DNA of 64,000 nt from Bryobacterales bacterium. GTDB lineage: Bacteria > Acidobacteriota > Terriglobia > Bryobacterales > Bryobacteraceae. Below the pieces are notes generated by a model, which was not told the origin of the DNA, ran no database searches, and saw only the letters and a program-made list of their open reading frames with translations. The first letter of the stretch is position 1. Each line of letters starts with the position of its first letter. Made by a program: the position numbers and the translations under genes. Positions 63,901 through 64,000 of the stretch are shown here, piece after piece. The stretch lies in assembly GCA_026954325.1 (NCBI GenBank), contig JAIXKK010000145.1:260-64259 (forward strand), written 5' to 3'.

Positions 63901-64000
63901 CAGGCGCCGGCCGCGGCGCGCTTCGGTTTTGGGGCCAAGGGTAGAGCCTTCAGTTTGTTGAGAAAATCGCGGCGGTCCACCAGGTAGCACATCCTCGGCG
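63901..64000 (-). CDS. 3' end of an unidentified gene running off the window
   Basis: The minus frame reads ...MCYLVDRRDFLNKLKALPLAPKPKRAAAGA followed by stop (TGA at 63901-63903). Only 33 codons are visible. Confidence 0.3.

Noticed and set aside
1-64000. CRISPR arrays, rRNA genes, IS elements or transposases, and integrases.
   Set aside because: A scan for regularly spaced direct repeats and for transposase or integrase-like translations found none. The only repeats seen are the short ones reported above.

Overview
High-GC bacterial chromosomal window, roughly two-thirds G+C by eye, densely coded, with many 1-4 nt start/stop overlaps. The gene content suggests an Acidobacteriota-like soil bacterium: secreted Gfo/Idh/MocA oxidoreductases, PQQ beta-propeller dehydrogenases, CRTAC1/ASPIC-UnbV FG-GAP proteins, a TPR multiheme cytochrome, GH29 fucosidase and futalosine-pathway menaquinone genes. 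That taxonomic guess is inference only. All protein calls come from reading motifs in the supplied translations, and no database search was run.

I support about 55 protein genes. They include the housekeeping blocks rpmH-rnpA-yidD-yidC-jag-mnmE, ribH-nusB, lepA, ddl, folE and glcD/glcEF. rpmH is below the ORF-track size cutoff and was found by hand.

There is one RNA gene, a tRNA-Leu(UAA) split by a 203-nt group I intron at the U34/A35 position.

At least four decayed gene remnants are present: a phage terminase, a glutaminase-A-like gene, an M20 amidohydrolase tail and a possible CDF transporter scrap.

The most interesting items are:
- the intron-containing tRNA-Leu;
- a lower-GC, translationally coupled ABC-type ATPase plus PIN-like two-gene cassette wedged between lepA and glcE, a candidate defence or toxin module;
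- a CuA-type heme-copper oxidase whose catalytic subunit has Asn where the cross-linked Tyr should be, making it a candidate NO reductase;
- a coupled operon of TPR/FG-GAP protein, pentaheme TPR cytochrome, CRTAC1 and FHA-DUF4123, function unknown.

No CRISPR array, rRNA, intact transposase or integrase was seen.
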